From NCBI GenBank assembly GCA_048885525.1, contig JBHLLP010000013.1, positions 1 through 64,000 of the forward strand: a stretch of 64,000 nt of DNA, read 5' to 3'. How positions within the stretch are numbered: the stretch's first letter is position 1; each line of letters begins with the position of its first letter. This DNA is from Candidatus Hermodarchaeota archaeon. Lineage in GTDB: Archaea; Asgardarchaeota; Lokiarchaeia; Sigyniarchaeales; SOKP01. This document shows, one piece after another, positions 61,014-64,000 of this stretch. The notes beneath the pieces were generated by a model. The model made no database searches. It worked only from the letters and a program-made list of their open reading frames with translations, and was not told the origin of the DNA. The translations under genes were made by a program, and so were the position numbers.

Positions 61014-61973
61014 TTGGTTCAAAATTCTATGAAAATTGAAAAATCAAGTCAAGATCTTGAAAATGAAGTAATTTATGCTGGGCTTTGTATTCATTGTGGC
61101 TCTTGTAATGCTTTCTGTCCACATATGGATTTTAATAAAGAAACTGGAGAAGCTTATGTTGTAGATGAATGTGCTGAGACCGTAGGGCTCTGTTATAATT
61201 CCTGTCCACGAAGTTTCCTACCTGTATCAGAAATTGAACAAAAACTATTTGGGAAAACCCGTATAGATTTAGCTGTAGGAGTATATAATGATATAATTCA
61301 AGTAAAATCAAAAAATAAAAATGAAATTTTATACAACCTTGTGGTTGCTGCTTTTGAAGCAGGAATTGTAAAACATATGGTTCTAAGTGAAGTTAAAAGT
61401 AAAAAACCACCGGTAGCATTCCCAGTTGTAGTAGATACTGCAAAGGATGCTCAGCAATATATTCCAAAAGCAACAATGGATAATGCTGGTCCCTTAGTAA
61501 CGGGAATAGGACAAGCCTATAAAGACTATAAGCGTGATATTGGAATTCTTGGCAACCCTTGCCATATTCAAGGTCTTGCCAAAATCTTGGTTTCTGATTT
61601 TAATACTGGAGCAGAGCGTACATCATTAAGAATTGCTTATGCGTGTTCTTCTGGAGGTATGACTGGTTGCAAATATTGTACAGATTTCTCTGGGGAATTT
61701 TCAGATATTTCATACTCCCCATGGGGTGCACCAAAAGATTCTGGAGAAGCATTTCTTATAATCAGAACAAATGTTGGACAAAAATTAGTAGATACAGCGG
61801 TTAAAAAAAAATTAATCGAAATTACTAATCCAAATCCAGATTTATCTGAAATGAAAAAATTTCTTAATAAGAAACGTAAAAAGAACTTCTTAACTCTTCT
61901 TGGTAAAGATTTGATAACAGCTAAATACTTAGATCTTAATGTTGATGAGTTAAAAGATATTCTTGAAGATTAA
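61014..61973 (+). CDS. Coenzyme F420 hydrogenase/dehydrogenase beta-subunit (FrhB/FpoF-like) with N-terminal ferredoxin domain
   Basis: CIHCGSCNAFCP, CYNSCPR, GNPCHIQGL and GCKYCTDFSGEFSDIS. The likely start is the ATG at ~61029. Confidence 0.85.
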   Translation: MVQNSMKIEKSSQDLENEVIYAGLCIHCGSCNAFCPHMDFNKETGEAYVVDECAETVGLCYNSCPRSFLPVSEIEQKLFGKTRIDLAVGVYNDIIQVKSKNKNEILYNLVVAAFEAGIVKHMVLSEVKSKKPPVAFPVVVDTAKDAQQYIPKATMDNAGPLVTGIGQAYKDYKRDIGILGNPCHIQGLAKILVSDFNTGAERTSLRIAYACSSGGMTGCKYCTDFSGEFSDISYSPWGAPKDSGEAFLIIRTNVGQKLVDTAVKKKLIEITNPNPDLSEMKKFLNKKRKKNFLTLLGKDLITAKYLDLNVDELKDILED

Positions 61974-62035
61974 TATATTTTTTTTATTATCTTTTAAACA
62001 TTTTTCTGTTTTTTTCTAATCTAAAAGGATCAAGA

Positions 62036-62569
62036 TTATTTTATAAATTCCTTTTTTCTCAAAATCGAGCGAGTCAAGGTTTCAAAAATTATTTTGTTAT
62101 TTTCCCCACTCTTTGAAGAAGTTTCAAAAAAATGGACGATATTGTATCTTTTTTTAAATTCTTCAGCATTTTCATATTTTACACTTCTTCTAATATCTGC
62201 TAAATCAAGTTTTTCTCCTACGAGAATAAATATAGGATTATCAGCATTATCATTTACAATTTTATACCACTCTTCCAAAGAATCAAAACTTGTTCTTCTA
62301 GTAATATCGTAACATAACAAACATCCTGTTGCTCCTCTACAATAATTTGGTAAAAAAAGTCTAAAGCGTCTTTCTCCTGCAAAATCCCATATCTGGAGTC
62401 TGATATCATATTTATCGTCGATTTGGACATCAAAGGTCGCTAGATCTGTCCCAATTGTAATTTTCATAGGAATAAACTGCCCAGTAATTAATCTCTGCAC
62501 CATGGTGCTTTTACCTACACCTCCATCTCCCACTATAACGATTTTAAAGAGCATTTTTCGCTGAGCCAT
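62036..62569 (-). CDS. Rab-like small GTPase (Ras superfamily)
   Basis: FKIVIVGDGGVGKS, TIG.D, LQIWDFAGE, YCRGA, YDIT, EKLD and ETSSK. Confidence 0.92.
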   Translation of the reverse strand: MAQRKMLFKIVIVGDGGVGKSTMVQRLITGQFIPMKITIGTDLATFDVQIDDKYDIRLQIWDFAGERRFRLFLPNYCRGATGCLLCYDITRRTSFDSLEEWYKIVNDNADNPIFILVGEKLDLADIRRSVKYENAEEFKKRYNIVHFFETSSKSGENNKIIFETLTRSILRKKEFIK

Positions 62570-62634
62570 ATTCCAGAATCTAATTTTTTTTGAGAGATAA
62601 TTAATATTAATATAAATGACAGTTTAATAAATTT

Positions 62635-63510
62635 TTATTCACTTTGCAATTTTTCTTTAATTTTGTTACTCAAAGATTTAAGATTCTCAATAATTTTAAT
62701 TTGTATATTTCTAGGTAGTGGTTCGATAAATTTTTCCAATTTTTCTTCACTGAAATTGTTAATAGCTTTATAATTTAAAAAGAGAGCAAGAATTGTTAAA
62801 GTAGGTGAAATAAAAAGAATTCCGAATAACAAATATGAGAAAGATATTAGCTGTGAACCAGGGAGATATATCTGTATTCCTAAAAATAGATTATTATTTA
62901 ACAGAAGTATAACAATCAAATTAATAATGTTCAAAATTATAAAAACTAAAAAGTGTATAATGGAAATTATCTTAAAATCTGATAACTTTAAAAAAGATAT
63001 AATATTTTTCGAATCACTCGAAATTTGAGAATCTAATTTCCCTTCAAACTCATTAATTACAATTTCAAAACGTGTATATTTCCATAAATCAATAAAAATC
63101 CAAAAAAAAGTAAACGTGTATGAGAAGACAAGAATCCCTACAAAATAAGAATAATAATTATTAACTATATGAGGATTATATAGTGATTCAGCACCAAACC
63201 AGAATATTAAAATCAATTGAATCTGTGTGGAAAAAAAAAACCGATTAGCATTTTTTACTTCAGACCCTAATGGATTATAAATTATGTTACTTTTTTCAAA
63301 TTCTGTTCGCTTTTTATTAGTACTGAGAATTCTAAAAAAAAGTGAAAAAGAAAATGTTATTAATGGGAAAAGAAAAAAGATAATGTTATTCCACACTTGA
63401 GAAATGATTAATACAAAAGAAAAGGTGAATAAAATCAAATCTCGGAAAAAACCTTCAGAGATTATATCTTTTAATGTTAAAAAATGATTCTGATTATTTT
63501 TTTCATTCAT
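62635..63510 (-). CDS. Hypothetical multi-pass membrane protein (about 6 TM)
   Basis: Multiple F/I/L-rich hydrophobic segments. Confidence 0.75.
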   Translation of the reverse strand: MNEKNNQNHFLTLKDIISEGFFRDLILFTFSFVLIISQVWNNIIFFLFPLITFSFSLFFRILSTNKKRTEFEKSNIIYNPLGSEVKNANRFFFSTQIQLILIFWFGAESLYNPHIVNNYYSYFVGILVFSYTFTFFWIFIDLWKYTRFEIVINEFEGKLDSQISSDSKNIISFLKLSDFKIISIIHFLVFIILNIINLIVILLLNNNLFLGIQIYLPGSQLISFSYLLFGILFISPTLTILALFLNYKAINNFSEEKLEKFIEPLPRNIQIKIIENLKSLSNKIKEKLQSE

Positions 63511-63685
63511 TTTTTTATTAAAATATACGTAACAAATAAATTTTTACGATTTTAATTTAGAATATCAAAATCAAGAATGAAAACCTTTGACTCTTAAATG
63601 AAAGTCAAAAAATTTTAATTAAGCATATAATTTTTATTTCACAATATATCTCAAACACATTAATTCTGTAGTGTGTGTAGAAATT

Positions 63686-64000
63686 ATGAGTTCTAACATG
63701 AATGAAAGTAAGAAAACAGCACTCCACGATGTTCATTTAAAACATGGCGCACGGATGGTTAGTTTTGCTGGATGGCAGATGCCCGTCCAATATAAAAGTA
63801 TAATTAAGGAACATGAAGCTGTTCGTTCCTACGCAGGTATATTTGATATTTCACATATGGGTGAATTTTTCCTCAAAGGTAAAGATATATTCGATTTTCT
63901 TCAATATATAATGATAAACGATTTAAATTTATTGGAACCATCTAAAGGTCAATATTCATGCATGTGTTATGATAATGGAACTGTTGTAGATGATCTGGTG
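63686..64000 (+). CDS. gcvT: Glycine cleavage system aminomethyltransferase T, 3' partial
   Basis: Translated by hand: KTALHDVHLKHGARMVSFAGWQMPVQYKSIIKEHEAVRSYAGIFDISHMGE. Start is at 63686 or 63698. Confidence 0.95.
   Translation, partial: MSSNMNESKKTALHDVHLKHGARMVSFAGWQMPVQYKSIIKEHEAVRSYAGIFDISHMGEFFLKGKDIFDFLQYIMINDLNLLEPSKGQYSCMCYDNGTVVDDLV

Noticed and set aside
1724-62312. Short ORF-track entries lying antisense or out of frame within longer genes (e.g. 1724-2083, 4648-4989, 9942-10229, 42567-43001, 47607-48023, 55138-55551, 62094-62312)
   Set aside because: They are shadow ORFs overlapping well-supported genes and have no recognisable motifs.
1-64000. Selenoprotein (in-frame TGA) or SECIS elements, which are known in Lokiarchaeia
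   Set aside because: No gene appears interrupted by TGA at a Cys-equivalent position, TGA-ending ORFs look complete, and no SECIS core was found by eye.
1-64000. CRISPR arrays, tRNA/rRNA genes, transposases, integrases, provirus or defence islands
   Set aside because: None seen. Intergenic gaps are short and AT-rich with no periodic repeats, and no ORF has mobile-element motifs.

Overview
An AT-rich (roughly 30% GC by eye), gene-dense archaeal chromosomal segment, most consistent with an Asgard archaeon of the Lokiarchaeia/Promethearchaeota type. That call rests on Rag-like and Rab-like small GTPases, a eukaryote-like presenilin, TPR/LRR proteins, a Loki-CTERM-like tail and H4MPT pathway genes. 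From 1 to ~18 kb lies a lipid/acyl-CoA catabolism island: CrtI/RetSat-like flavoprotein, FNR-[2Fe-2S] reductase, SCP2, Fe-ADH, W-AOR, crotonase, FadH, FadD, an F420-type LLM enzyme, BKACE, two thiolase-fold proteins lacking the usual thiolase catalytic motifs, two DUF35 proteins and an IVD/LCAD-type ACAD. My best candidate for an undescribed system is that this island is an anaerobic route for branched (isoprenoid- or sterol-like) lipids that uses retro-aldol cleavage. The rest holds glyS, ftr/mtd/mch, purine salvage genes (apt, PfkB nucleoside kinase, mtnP) next to a Rag GTPase, a beta-CASP nuclease, RecJ/DHH, two N-glycosylated surface proteins, an archaemetzincin/presenilin divergent pair, an M1 peptidase, an FrhB-like protein, a Rab-like GTPase and the start of gcvT. 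I also found three small ORFs absent from the ORF track, a probable ATT-initiated gene with a TFIIB/cyclin-like C-terminus, and several candidate operators and hairpins. I saw no tRNA, rRNA, CRISPR array or mobile element. All calls come from motif recognition by eye; no database searches were run.
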